A DNA stretch of 60,535 bases, counting the filler. It is 7 parts of 7 records of this genome, joined end to end, with 100 filler letters (N's around TTAATTAATTAA, not from the genome) between each part and the next. Parts side by side here need not be neighbours in the genome. Positions count along the whole stretch, not along the records: positions 1 to 12,587 come from SRR31147125_6647; positions 12,688 to 24,462 come from SRR31147125_6663; 5 more parts are not named here. One strand, given 5' to 3'. Positions 9,819-21,543 of this stretch are shown here, piece after piece. The notes under the pieces are model-generated. The model had not been told where the DNA came from. It made no database searches and saw nothing but the letters and a program-made list of their open reading frames with translations. Each line of letters opens with the position of its first letter. Position 1 is the first letter of the stretch. A program made the position numbers and the translations under genes.

Positions 9819-10748
9819 ATGAAAATACTTAATTTTGGTTCTTTGAATTTGGATCATGTATACTCAGTTAATCATATTGTACGACCAGGCGAAACAATTA
9901 TATCATCAAAATTTTCTCAATTTCTTGGTGGAAAAGGGTTTAACCAGTCCATCGCTATGAGTAGGGCAGGGGAAAGAATGGTATATCATGCTGGATGTAT
10001 TGGAATGGATGGAAAATCACTTGTAGATGTCCTGGAAACCGAAAAAGTGAATACCCAGTATATTGAAATGAAAAATTCTAGTACTGGGAAAGCAATTATC
10101 CAGCTGGATTCAACTGGCCAAAATTCGATTGTTCTTTTTGGTGGTGCTAATCAAACAATTGATGAAAAACAGATAGATTTTGTGCTCTCAGGATTTAATG
10201 CTGGAGATATCCTTGTTATACAAAATGAAATTTCATCTCTGCACTATTTAATTAATAGAGCTTTTGAAAAACAAATGTTTATAATTCTTAATCCCTCTCC
10301 CATAACCAAAGAACTTTTTAAATACCCGCTGAAGAATGTTTCACTATTCATCATGAACGAAATTGAAGGAGAAGAGATAACTCAAGAATCTTCAATTGGT
10401 AAGATGTTTGGGAAAGTGCGGACAATGTTCCAAGAAAGCTCAGTATTAATAACTTTTGGAAGTGCTGGATCTGCTTACTGGGATGCTAAACAAGAAAAGT
10501 TGTATACAGGAGGAATTTTTGATTTACCGGTCATTGATACTACTGCCGCCGGTGACACATTTACTGGATATTTTGTTTCTGCTTTGGCTCAAGGAAAGGG
10601 ACCTGAACAAGCTCTTTTATTAGCTACCAAAGCTTCATCAGTTGCAGTTAATCGAGTAGGTGCGAGTAGTTCCATTCCATTTATTGGGGAATTGGATGAT
10701 ATATTATCAGCATATAAATACAAACTATTTAAAGAAGTAATAGTATGA
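9819..10748 (+). CDS. rbsK: Ribokinase-like PfkB kinase
   Basis: GSLNLD, GGKGFNQ, QNEI, LNPSP, MNEIE and DTTAAGDTF. Confidence 0.8.
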   Translation: MKILNFGSLNLDHVYSVNHIVRPGETIISSKFSQFLGGKGFNQSIAMSRAGERMVYHAGCIGMDGKSLVDVLETEKVNTQYIEMKNSSTGKAIIQLDSTGQNSIVLFGGANQTIDEKQIDFVLSGFNAGDILVIQNEISSLHYLINRAFEKQMFIILNPSPITKELFKYPLKNVSLFIMNEIEGEEITQESSIGKMFGKVRTMFQESSVLITFGSAGSAYWDAKQEKLYTGGIFDLPVIDTTAAGDTFTGYFVSALAQGKGPEQALLLATKASSVAVNRVGASSSIPFIGELDDILSAYKYKLFKEVIV

Positions 10749-10907
10749 ACCATTAAATGATTTATCTGCATCATTACTTAGCAATGAGTTAGAATTGCTG
10801 CAGTGAAGCTTTTTCTTTTCAACTCAAGCAATGCTTTTTTAAGTTATAGTTATGAATTTTAACTTTTATAAAGAGTTTAATTAGGAGCAATTGTAAAGGA
10901 GATTTAT

Positions 10908-11903
10908 ATGAAAGCAGCAATAATTGAAAGTAAAGAGATTCTTAAAATTCAGGAAATTTCGATTCCAGAACCGAAAGCTGATGAATTAATAATAAAAGTA
11001 GAAGCTTGTGGCATCTGTGGTACCGATCTACATATTTTTAAAGGGGATTATAAAGGTACTTATCCGATAATTCCTGGACATGAATTTTCCGGTACAGTTG
11101 TAAGTATCGGATCAAAGGTAACCAATTTCAAGGTGGGGGACAAGGTTGCCGTAGAACCTAATTTGTCATGCGGGATCTGCTACGAGTGTTTAAATAACCG
11201 GCAGCATTTCTGTTCAAATATAAAAAATATTGGCGTTACGAATCCAGGGGCATTTGCCCAATATGTTGCCTCACCAGAAAATGCAGCGTTTAATATTGGT
11301 TCTTTGAGTTTCGAGGAAGCGGCATTTATGGAACCCCTATCCTGCGTTTTACATGGAATAGAGAGATTCCACCTAAATCTTGCTGACAGCGTTCTCCTTA
11401 TAGGTGCTGGCCCTATAGGATTGTTAATTCTGCAGTCTCTAATTATCCAGGGATGCTCAAAGGTTGATGTGGTTGATCTTGATGAAAGCAGACTCGCGAT
11501 AGCTAAAAAATTTGGGGCAACAAATACATTTACCAACCTCGATGAAATACCGAGAGAATATTACCATAAGGTTTGTGAAGCTACGGGTTCCACTTTCGTA
11601 CTTGAAAAAAGTGTGGAATTGGTTAAATCGTCAGGTACAATTCTTTGGTTTGGTGTCCCAAATATCGATGCTGTAGTTAAAATAAAACCATTTGAAATTT
11701 TTGCTAGGGAGTTAAATATTCTCTCGACCTATACCTCTTTACGTAATTCCTGGCAAGCGCTTCATCTGCTAGAGGAAAAGCGTATTAATGTAAAAGATCT
11801 TGTCTCTCACCGCCTCCGCCTTGTTGACTTTGAGAAAGGTCTTAAGATACTGGCAACACATTCCGAACCAGCAATGAAAATAATTATTAAGCCACAACTA
11901 TAG
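10908..11903 (+). CDS. Zn-dependent alcohol/polyol dehydrogenase
   Basis: CGICGTD, PGHEF, CGICYEC...C and GAGPIG. Confidence 0.9.
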   Translation: MKAAIIESKEILKIQEISIPEPKADELIIKVEACGICGTDLHIFKGDYKGTYPIIPGHEFSGTVVSIGSKVTNFKVGDKVAVEPNLSCGICYECLNNRQHFCSNIKNIGVTNPGAFAQYVASPENAAFNIGSLSFEEAAFMEPLSCVLHGIERFHLNLADSVLLIGAGPIGLLILQSLIIQGCSKVDVVDLDESRLAIAKKFGATNTFTNLDEIPREYYHKVCEATGSTFVLEKSVELVKSSGTILWFGVPNIDAVVKIKPFEIFARELNILSTYTSLRNSWQALHLLEEKRINVKDLVSHRLRLVDFEKGLKILATHSEPAMKIIIKPQL

Positions 11904-11967
11904 AATTTGAAAATGAATAGTAGGCTATTGCAAAATTTTTTTAGTAATGAATATAAGGGGATTGTTA

Positions 11968-12587
11968 GTGACTGGTAGAGAAAGAGTTCTAACAGCAATG
12001 AATCATTCCGAACCTGACAGAGTCCCATTAGACTTAGGAGGATGGCAATCGGGAATTAGTTATAAGACATATGAAGAAGTAAAGAAAATATTAGGAATCA
12101 ATGCACCCACAAAAATAGAGGAGCTGAATCAAGGGATAGGGCAAGTGGATGAAGTTTTTCTTACTATGTATGATATTGATACTCGGTATGTATTCCCACA
12201 GGATCCCCCAGAAGGAAACCCGTTTGAGAAAGAAGAAGATGAAGTCACAGATGAATGGGGAATTACATGGAGACGACCAAAAAGCAGCGTTTACTATGAC
12301 ATGGTTAATTTCCCCTTAAAGAATGATCAAAGTACTAGTGATCTAAAAAAGCATACTTGGCCTAATTCAGAAAGTATTGTGAGTAGGGATCAATTAGTAA
12401 AGAAAATCTTTTCTCAAAAGAAGAAGAACAAGGCAATTTTTACTTCACTTGGTGGATGTTTCGAGCAAGCTACATATGTCAGGGGTATGGAGCAGTTTTA
12501 TATTGATGCCTATATTAATCCAAAATATTTTATTGCTTTACTGGATAAGGTCCTTGAAGTTGAAATAGAAAGATATTTTCTTTTTTT
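11968..12587 (+). CDS. Uroporphyrinogen decarboxylase/MtaA-like (URO-D superfamily) protein, truncated by the contig end
   Basis: RERVLTAMNHSEPDRVPLDLGG N-terminus, DEWGITW and FEQATYVRGMEQF. GTG start after an AGGGG RBS. Confidence 0.75.
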
Positions 12588-12687
12588 NNNNNNNNNNNNN
12601 NNNNNNNNNNNNNNNNNNNNNNNNNNNNNNNTTAATTAATTAANNNNNNNNNNNNNNNNNNNNNNNNNNNNNNNNNNNNNNNNNNNN
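12588..12687. other. Artificial contig-join spacer
   Basis: N44-TTAATTAATTAA-N44, which places stops in all frames. Confidence 0.98.
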
Positions 12688-15078
12688 CTTGATAATAAAT
12701 TCCTTTCCGTCATACCACTCGCCTAATTTAACTCTTGCTTCCTCGAACAGCGGTGTCCCGATCACATAAACATTTTGTCCTGGGCACACCGGATAAAATC
12801 CCAATGCACTAAACACATACCAGGCAGACATTTGACCCATGTCGTCATTACCACACAGGCCATCCGGGCCAGTTCCATGTTTCTCGTCCATAACCTGGCG
12901 AACTCGCATTTGCGTCTTCCATGGTTCACCCGCGTAATTGTAAAAATAGGCGACGTGGTGACATGGTTCATTGCCATGTACGTACTGGCCTATCTTACTT
13001 CGCAGAGGAGCATAAGGTGGTCCTGTTTCATGAGGCGTCATACTAAATAATGTATCCAGTTTTTGTATGAACTCATTTCGACCACCCATCAAATTAATTA
13101 AACCCTGAACATCATATGGTACATGCCATAGATATTGCCATGCATTTGATTCCGTAAAATGTCGATTAGGACTGACCCCAACCCAGAGCGGATCAAAGCA
13201 ACTGTAATAGGAATGCCTGTCGGTTCTGATGATTTCGGGGGGATCCTCACACATTTCAAGCCACGACCCATCTTCTTTACGTGGTCGCATGAACTTTATC
13301 GAGGAATCATACACATTCTCGTAATATCGAGCTCTTTTCGAGAATAATTCATAATCATCATTCCTGCCCAAAGCGCGGGCCATTTGTGCTAAACACCAGT
13401 CGTCGTATGCATCCTCCAACGTAACGGAAACCGATTCCCGAACTCTGTCGGCAGGAATGTAACCCAGCTCCTTGTAGTAATTTAGGCCATATCGGCTGCC
13501 TGGCCTTTCACCCGGTTCCATCGCGTTTTTTCTCATCGCCTGGTAAGCTTTTTCTATATCAAAATCGCGAATCCCTTTCATATAGGAATCCACAATCACT
13601 GACGTGGCGTGATCACCAATCATACCTGCCATATAGTAATTCTTATAGCAAACGTGAAGTGGAAGCCTGCCACCCTGATCGTACATGGCTAAAAACGTCT
13701 TTATCATTTCATTTTGTCGTTCCGGTTCAAGATAAGTCAATAGAGGGTGCTCGGCTCGATAAGTATCCCAGAGGGAAAAATCAACATAGTACCGTTCACC
13801 CTCCGTCCGATGTATTGTGTCGTCAAAATGACTATAATAGGACCCGTCTACATCAGAAAACAGTCTGGGAAACATTAAGCAGTGATACAGAGCAGTGTAG
13901 AAAATAATCTTTTGGTCTTCAGTACCTCCTTTGATATTGATTTTGTCAAATTTCCTTTTCCACACCTTACGCGCTTGTATTCGGATTTTATCGAAATCCC
14001 AATGGGGAATTTCTGCCTCTAAATTCCTTTTAGCTCCTTCTATACTCACAAAGGAGATGCCAACCTTAATCAAGATCTGCTCACCCTCTGACGTTGCAAA
14101 ATCCACAAAGGCACCAACGCCATCATTCCCAGACTTTTCATTTAAACCTTTATGAATATTTTCGCCATTCCATGTGCCGAAGGAGCTAAAAGGTTTGTTG
14201 AATTCAGCGAAAAAATAACAGGAAAGCGGGGTGTCATAAGAACCTTCGCGATCCCCAGTGATGTGTCCCTCAATTTGATTTTCGTTCAAAACTTTAACGT
14301 GAGCATTGCGTCCCGGCGTAAGAGAGTGAGTCACATCCATAATAATATGAGCGTTCTGATGCTCGGGGAAGGTGTATCTGTGGAAACCAACTCGTTCAGT
14401 AGTTGTCAGCTCAGCTCTGATGCCATAATCCCGGAGATTAACAGTGTAATACCCGGGACTGGCTTCTTCCTCACTATGGCTATAACTTGATTCATAACCT
14501 TTGATTGCCTTGGAAGTGTCGTAACCAGCCTCAGCCATGCTTTTTAGAATTTTTTGCTTTTCTTCCTGAAGAATTGCTCGCCACCTCTTTCTCCGTTCTG
14601 TACGGGACGATTTACTCCAATCTTGTCGCTCTGCGTCCGTCATAGAGCTCCATATCTTTCGCACGTTATTCCTTGCCAAAGTGTTCGGGTCCTTAGCGAC
14701 TCCGGGAAATGTCTTCAAGTCACCAACCATTGGCATAATAAGAACATGATTGTAATGAGTTTTAGTACCAGGTCCCGTGCCACTTAAATGAGTATGGCTA
14801 AATCCTAAAATCGAATTTTGGGAATAACTGTATGCTTTGACACCCCGAAATCCTGTGTCCGGACTCAGTTGCACCATTCCAAAAGGAAGACAGGCTCCGG
14901 GAAAGGTGTGACCACCAGCATCGGTGCCTATGAAAGGATCGACAAAATCAACAGGACTTTTATCATTATGTGCACACCTGAACAGAAATAGGATTAACAC
15001 CGTGCAAACTAGTAAAACAATGGCATATTTAATTTGCCACGTTATCATTTTACATAGGTCACATTTCATTTTACTCAT
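12688..15078 (-). CDS. GH92 alpha-mannosidase family glycoside hydrolase, exported, 3' end truncated
   Basis: VDPFIGT, TFPGACLPFGMVQLSPDT, ASPGYY, SLWDTYR, TESNAWQY (catalytic Glu region), HGNEP and GNDDMGQMSAWY (catalytic Asp region). Hydrophobic N-terminus. Confidence 0.93.
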
Positions 15079-15165
15079 TTCTCAACCGGTCAAAGTTGTC
15101 AGGTTTTAGAAATAACAATAAAATACCTAGTATGGGATTAGATGACAATGATTCTCTTAAAGACA

Positions 15166-15203
15166 AAACAAAAACCTTCTTTTTGAAAAAAGGCTTTTGT
15201 TTG
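15166..15203. terminator. Possible hairpin/terminator between the PorV-like gene and GH92
   Basis: AAACAAAAACCTT...AAGGCTTTTGTTT imperfect inverted repeat. Confidence 0.35.
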
Positions 15204-15293
15204 CCTGTTCATTATCCAATATTTATAGTATTAAAGCATGTTCCAAGAGCCATTGCCTTTTTGATTATTGATATTAACAAAATGCAATTCAGA

Positions 15294-16276
15294 TTAAAAT
15301 GAAAGTCCAACTGAAAACCGATTGATGGCATCAAGGGCACCAAAATCACTGTAGGCATAATCCAATTTGAGATTTAGTCCGGAAAGAGGATACTTGAAGC
15401 CTATACCTGCTGTAAGGCCTTCCTCGTCGTAGTTCAATTTATAACCAGCTCGAAAAGCAAACATATCCAAAAGCAGGTATTCACCTCCCAAATGGAGCCT
15501 TTCTGAATAATCACGTGGGTGAACTGCATCTAATGCAATTATCAATGGATTTTGATGCTCTCCCATAAAATCCAATACATCCATTGCAAAGCCTATGGTA
15601 AAAGTAAGAGGTAGCTCGAAAGCATATTCTTCATATTTGAATTGCTGAGAAAAGTTGCGAATACTCATACCAAAACGCAGGCTTTTGAATCCTGGGTAAA
15701 ATATTGTTCCAAAATCATAGGCAAGCCCCGACACGCTATTCTCTACCATATTACCCGTCGCTAAAAGATTTTCTCCCAGGTTTTGGTGACAATATTTGAC
15801 CTGACCTCCGATAGTGAATTTATCTGTTAGAGAACGCCCATAGGACAGTCCAACCGCATAGGCCCCAACATCTAAATTCCCGGTTCTTTCAAATCCTTGT
15901 TCGGTTGCAGTCACTCGAGTTCCGATAATGTCTCCATAGTCTGCGATTTGAATGCTCACTCCAAAATTTCCTAAAACGCCCATATTTTTCACAAGGCCAA
16001 AAGCATTGTAAGAGATATCTGCTATCCACTCCGTTCTGTTGACAAAGAAATCCACACTGTTAGACATCATTGCAATACCGGCTGGATTTGCAAACATAGC
16101 CGATGCATCATCTCCTACAATCATATATGCGCTACCCATAGCCGCAGATCGAGCTGAGGCGTCAATTTTTAAGAACTGCAGCCCAGTTTGAGCAAGCTTT
16201 TTCATGCCCGAATACCCCGGCGTTATTAATACCACTAAAAGCAAAACAAGTGCTAAAAATTCAATTTTTTCCTCAT
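15294..16276 (-). CDS. PorV/PorQ-family (FadL-like) outer-membrane beta-barrel; true ATG at 16276, signal peptide frameshifted at the T6 run 16265-16270
   Basis: QFLKIDASARSAAMGSA and DASAMFANPAG motifs, amphipathic strands and a C-terminal Phe (RFSVGLSF). AGGAGG RBS before ATG 16276. Confidence 0.85.
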
Positions 16277-16343
16277 TTTACACCTCCTAATGGATTCCAG
16301 GACCTACCTGATTTAAAATGAATCATTGTAGGTTGCCTTAAAT

Positions 16344-18478
16344 TTATCTCACAACTAAGAACTTTAACAATGTGCTTTCACCAGTGGGAGTTTCGATTTG
16401 AGCAATGTAAATTCCGCTAACGATGATTTGGTCTGATTCTGTGGTGGAATGTTCTTCGATTAAAATTCCCCATGGTTCATCTCCAGAACCATCGGTGTGT
16501 TCAATGGTTTTGATCAAATCACCACTCTCAGTATAGATCTTAATTGTACAGACAGGAGGTAAATTCATAAACAAGATCTTGTCTGGCTCACCTAAAAACT
16601 GCAGTTCCTTGGCATTAATATGAAATGGATTAGGCACAACCACTGCACTTTCAAGTGTACCTGCAGGTCTGGTAAGGTGAGCACCAAAAGAAGTCATGTT
16701 CAAATACATACCACTTTCCAATACTTCGCCACCCCCTGGACTTCTGGCGTCGGGACCGTTTTGTACGCCATTGTCAAAAGCTGTGACATAGTAAAAGTAA
16801 GCCTGACCTCGCTGTGCGGTTGCATCATCAAAAGTATGTGTAAGCGGATTTGCGGTTCCTTCACCACACTCGAAAATACGCTCCCATTTACCAACTTCTG
16901 TGCCACCCTCGGCACTATAGAATTGTGAGCCAACTGCTCGATATACTTTATAACCGGCAAAATCAGACACTGCTTCAGACTCATTCCCCCATTCTAACGA
17001 TATCTTATCAGGGAATGCTGTGACATAAAGCGAAGGGGGAGGTGGTGGAGTTGGTACATTATAGTCATTCAAAAAATTCCACTGCGCGTTCCAAATATTA
17101 TTATACAATGAATCTTTTCCTGTAGAAACCCAACAGTCTTTTGCATAGTCATTATCATTATCATAGAGATCAGGAAAAGCTTGAAATGGTGCAGGTAAAT
17201 TGTTGGGTCCATCCCACGTGCATGTACCATTTTGCCAGGCTGTTCCTATATCCCAACCTTGTTCAGGCGTAATCGTTCCACAACCATCAGCATAAACGAT
17301 TTTAACCGATTCACCGGGTTTTAATGTATAAGGGCCGAATGAGACGACACTCAGAATTTCACCAGCTGTAAACCAGGGTACGTCTTTAACATACTTGAAA
17401 CCCAGTTCATCCATATCTACTGAGTGGTGAGTACCGGGGGGGACATTTTCCGTTTGCTCCGGTGTACCTTGATAGTTTAAGAAACCCGTGCGCATCAATT
17501 CGTAATTCTGTAAAATCTCACTTTCAGACATTTCCAGGGGAGTGACTCTGATGAATCTACTTTCAGTATCAGTTTGACCGGTCATTTGGGGTTGAATGGG
17601 ATCGTCTGTATAACCAGTGGCTGAATGGCTCGCATGAAAATATGCTTCAGCTAACCAGCATGGCGCTTGCAACCATCCGGTTGGTAAGGGACCGCCATAG
17701 TTATCAAAATCCGAACCACGGCTTCGACGCGGATAGCAAACAACCATTTTCAGACTATCTTCAGGATGTTCTCCGTAATAATTATTCCACGTTGGTCTCT
17801 CCCTGTTCCGGAAGCGGGTTAGTCGCAGAAAATAAAGATCGTTTAAAGTCTGGTTCGGAAGTTCAATTTCATCATCGAGATCTACATTGCCTGTATTCGT
17901 CATTGTCCACTCATTGATAAAATAATCATCATGATGAGTTTGACTCCAGGCAAACACTCTTTGACGAATGGTTACACCCATATCGGTATTGATAAAGGAT
18001 TCCAGCATCACGTCCGCTGTTCCGGGAATGTAATCCGGATTCACTTCATCCCCATCTAGCAAAGGAGGATGCAGGATAAAGTCGTCAACAACAATCTCGG
18101 GAGGCTGATATCGCCAATATTTTTTAATAGTTATGTTTTCTTCATCGGGTACCGCCATGGTAGTTTCTTCTTCATTCGAGTTCGCATGGCCAGCACCGGT
18201 TAGTTTGACTGTATGTTGGTTACCAAATTCGTCTGTCCAGTCTTTACAACCGATGTAATAACCGGCAGTACGCAAAATTATCCGCCATGATCTGAAATTC
18301 CAGTAATAAGATTTTCCATAGTGACCCGGGCTTGCAGCCTCACTTTGGTCGCCAGAATCATGGATAGTAGCCCAGAACTTGTTTATCTCTATTCTCTTAC
18401 GCGCACCAGCATAGAGTATGCTGGACACAAGTATTGTAATAAGAAGAAAAAGAGCTATAAGAAAAAAAGTTTTTTCAT
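16344..18478 (-). CDS. Secreted protein of about 710 aa: unknown N-terminal domain, FN3-like domain and T9SS type-A/FlgD-like C-terminal domain; signal peptide frameshifted at the A7 run 18462-18468
   Basis: AAGGAG RBS and ATG 18478 give MKKLFFLIALFLLITILVSSILYA after a 1-nt fix. FN3 pattern PPPPP...ISLEW...GYKVYR...YFYYVTAFD. The C-terminus reads VVPNPF...IKIYTESGDLIKTIEH...SGIYI...KFLVVR. Confidence 0.75.
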
Positions 18479-18516
18479 AATAGAACTCCTTTCATACCTA
18501 GGTCATAAACTTGTTC

Positions 18517-21500
18517 TTAGAAATCAAATTTCACTCCAAACATGACCGATCTGACATTCAGATAGGTGAGATAATTCAAGTTCGGCATGTTGATGTAATT
18601 CTTGTCACTGCTCCTCACATCTCCAGCTTTATCCTCTCCTGCCGTCATGCCATCTGCTGCATATTGCTCGCGACCGGCTCCCTCCGTACCTTCGTACATT
18701 GGTAATTTTAGAGATTTGAGATAGTTTTCACGATCAATACCATCAAAAAACGCTCCATCGTTCAGGTATTGATTGTTGAATAAATTATTGATGTCGGCAA
18801 ATAGTGAAAAGCCTAATCGCCCAAATCTCATTCGTTTACTGATCCTCATATCAAAGTGATACTCGGATTTCCAATGCAAATTGTCTTGTAGTTTAAAAGT
18901 TTGTAAGGGATCCCAGGTTTCGTATCTACCAGACTTGTAGTGAAAGAGTAAACTTAGGTAAATGTCGGCGAGAGGTTTGATTCCTGAAACAGTTGGTCCA
19001 AAATCATTGGGACTGGCAATGAGGAGGTTGGCGCGAGCGTAAGGTCTGGAAAGAGGTCTCTCCTGGTATGGATTCTCTAATCCATACAGTCTCTGCTGCC
19101 TCGGATCTTGATAGTACTGTAAAAATCCCGTAAAACCCGAAGTCGTTACCAAATAGTTATAATTAATCCAGCCGGTGACCCACCTGCCCCAACGTTTATC
19201 AAGTTGAAGTTCTATTCCGCGAATATCCGCATAGTTTTTGTTCTCAATGGTTTGATAGTTCACAGTACCATCATAGTTCTGATAGCCCACAGAACCCGTT
19301 TGACTCGTTACATCCTTGTAATATCCTGCCACATGGAGTAAGAACAAATTGCCAATATTATATTCAAGACCTAACTCATAGGCCACAGTTCTTGGTAGAT
19401 CTGCCTCGGGATTGCCGATAAAGACAGTTCCTTCATCTGACTTGCCATATTGAACTCGGTACATGTCACTGGATGGAGCCATCGAATAAAAATGACCATA
19501 ATTGAAGTAAAGTTTTGCAGCGTCAGAAATCGGATGTGACACACCCAACCTCGGGCTAATTTTCAGGTAGCCCGTAGCTTCCTCTGTAGGTGCGAGTTGT
19601 GGGAAAACTTCCTTATATTCCTTTTTGAAAAATTTGGAATATCGCTCTACAGTATACCAGTCTGAATTTGGATTATTGTAATCCAAACGGATACCAATAT
19701 TTGCGATCATTCCCTCGAATTCCAATTTATCCTGTAAATAGGCACCAGCGCGAATTGGAAAATGTCTCCAAATCACCTTGCGATTTACATCCGGATTGGT
19801 CATTCTCACCAATTCGTAATGTACGTCCAGATCATCGTAATTGAAGACGAAACCGGCTTTGAACTGATTCCGTTTATCCACCTGGCTGGTAATGTCAAAA
19901 CGAGCATTAATGACTTCTATTTCAGACCAATCCCGATTACGGGCACCCGTGTCGGTATACCGTATACCATCCTGCAATGTCTTTATTCCACCTTCCCACC
20001 AAAATCCGTATGGTCGTTCATCAACCGGTGTAGCCCCGAAATGCCTAAGGATTTTGGTATCTCGAAGAGGTGGTGGTCCACAATTGTTTTTATAGGCCGT
20101 ACGAGAAATCCTAAAGTTATAAAAAGTGCTAGGACTCAAGACATGATCGAAAGATAGCCCTTGTACATTGCGGTAGATATCAAAAGCCTGGTGAGCTACA
20201 GGTTGATAAACACCACTTCCAATTCCAGAATAGAGTATTTCCTCTCCATCCCTGAACCAGGCATCTTGTGCCCAATAGTCTGTGCTTGCTACCGTTTCGA
20301 CCTCACCATATACTCCTTCCAACGATAACTTCATGGAGGGTGATAAGCGAGTAGTCAATTTTAAATAAGCATTTTCATCTTTATAGTAATCTCTAAAAGT
20401 CGGTAAGGCAAACATTTCCCAATTTGTTCTATAAGATGCAAAGAAACTCAGGTTTCCTAAAGAGTGACCCACTACTGGCACTGGACCGCTTATGCTCATA
20501 TCAGCGATCCAATCTGGTTTGTTACCGTACTCTCGTTCTGTCTGACCAAGAGCTTGACTTCCTTCCACGGTGTGGGTGTATAAGAACATATCCCTACACT
20601 GTTCTGGAGTTCGGTCGTTAGTTGGGTCCTGGTCTGCTAAAAGTTGAGCAGAAAGAGCATTCCATCCCATAAATGTAGGAAATTGTTGCTTTGTATAGTC
20701 ATCCCAATTGCTGGCTTCAGTGCCTATCCACATGACACCAGGATCTAAATAAGAACGTAACCAGTAATTCTCCGAATTGAATATAGATGGGCCGTCGTGC
20801 TTTTGGTGCGCGGGACTAATACGTAGGTCAACTGTACCATGATACGCGGCTGGAGAAGCTTCTTTGGTGATAACATTTATGAGTCCTGAACGAACATTGC
20901 CATACTCTGCATTGAAACCGCCTTTAATGATATTGACCTCTTTAACACTACTGAGGTTAACCATCATCATGGGTTTGTTAGTATAATTATCGACTATCGA
21001 TAAACCGTTCATCATAAATTGAGTCTGGTCCAGCCCTCCTCCACGTATGATATCATTTTCAATTCCTGCTTGCAAATTGATAAACTCGGTAACATCAGTA
21101 ACAACCGGAACTGCATCGATTTGTGCGGCTTCTGCAACCACGACACTCGCCGAAACATCCATGGGGATGACTTCTTTTTCCGCAACGACTGTTACTTGCT
21201 GTCCCTCGATGACTGTCGGTTTCAGTGAAAAATTAACCGTAATTGTACGATCAACACTTACAAAGACCTCTGTTTTATTTACCGCTTCGTACCCCATCAT
21301 AGATGCGTTTAGTGTATAAGTACCAGGTGAAACGTTAAGGATATAATAATCACCCTCAAGATCTGTTGCAGCCCCTAAATTAGTATCTTGTATAATCACA
21401 TTTACACCAGGCAATGTTTCTCCTGTACCCGCATCTCTAATTTTACCGGCAATCTTCCCTGTTGTAGCGCCAAATACACCGGTAGAAAATAATAGACATA

Positions 21501-21543
21501 AAATAAAACACAAAATAAAACAGGGAGTAAATTTTCTCCACAT
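18517..21543 (-). CDS. TonB-dependent receptor with an N-terminal carboxypeptidase-regulatory-like domain
   Basis: Signal peptide; GKIAGKIRDAGTGETLPGVNV; plug IRGG...GGFNAEYGNVRSGLINVITK; barrel motifs YLQDKLEF and SPRLGVSHP; C-terminal Phe. Confidence 0.93.
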   Translation of the reverse strand: MWRKFTPCFILCFILCLLFSTGVFGATTGKIAGKIRDAGTGETLPGVNVIIQDTNLGAATDLEGDYYILNVSPGTYTLNASMMGYEAVNKTEVFVSVDRTITVNFSLKPTVIEGQQVTVVAEKEVIPMDVSASVVVAEAAQIDAVPVVTDVTEFINLQAGIENDIIRGGGLDQTQFMMNGLSIVDNYTNKPMMMVNLSSVKEVNIIKGGFNAEYGNVRSGLINVITKEASPAAYHGTVDLRISPAHQKHDGPSIFNSENYWLRSYLDPGVMWIGTEASNWDDYTKQQFPTFMGWNALSAQLLADQDPTNDRTPEQCRDMFLYTHTVEGSQALGQTEREYGNKPDWIADMSISGPVPVVGHSLGNLSFFASYRTNWEMFALPTFRDYYKDENAYLKLTTRLSPSMKLSLEGVYGEVETVASTDYWAQDAWFRDGEEILYSGIGSGVYQPVAHQAFDIYRNVQGLSFDHVLSPSTFYNFRISRTAYKNNCGPPPLRDTKILRHFGATPVDERPYGFWWEGGIKTLQDGIRYTDTGARNRDWSEIEVINARFDITSQVDKRNQFKAGFVFNYDDLDVHYELVRMTNPDVNRKVIWRHFPIRAGAYLQDKLEFEGMIANIGIRLDYNNPNSDWYTVERYSKFFKKEYKEVFPQLAPTEEATGYLKISPRLGVSHPISDAAKLYFNYGHFYSMAPSSDMYRVQYGKSDEGTVFIGNPEADLPRTVAYELGLEYNIGNLFLLHVAGYYKDVTSQTGSVGYQNYDGTVNYQTIENKNYADIRGIELQLDKRWGRWVTGWINYNYLVTTSGFTGFLQYYQDPRQQRLYGLENPYQERPLSRPYARANLLIASPNDFGPTVSGIKPLADIYLSLLFHYKSGRYETWDPLQTFKLQDNLHWKSEYHFDMRISKRMRFGRLGFSLFADINNLFNNQYLNDGAFFDGIDRENYLKSLKLPMYEGTEGAGREQYAADGMTAGEDKAGDVRSSDKNYINMPNLNYLTYLNVRSVMFGVKFDF

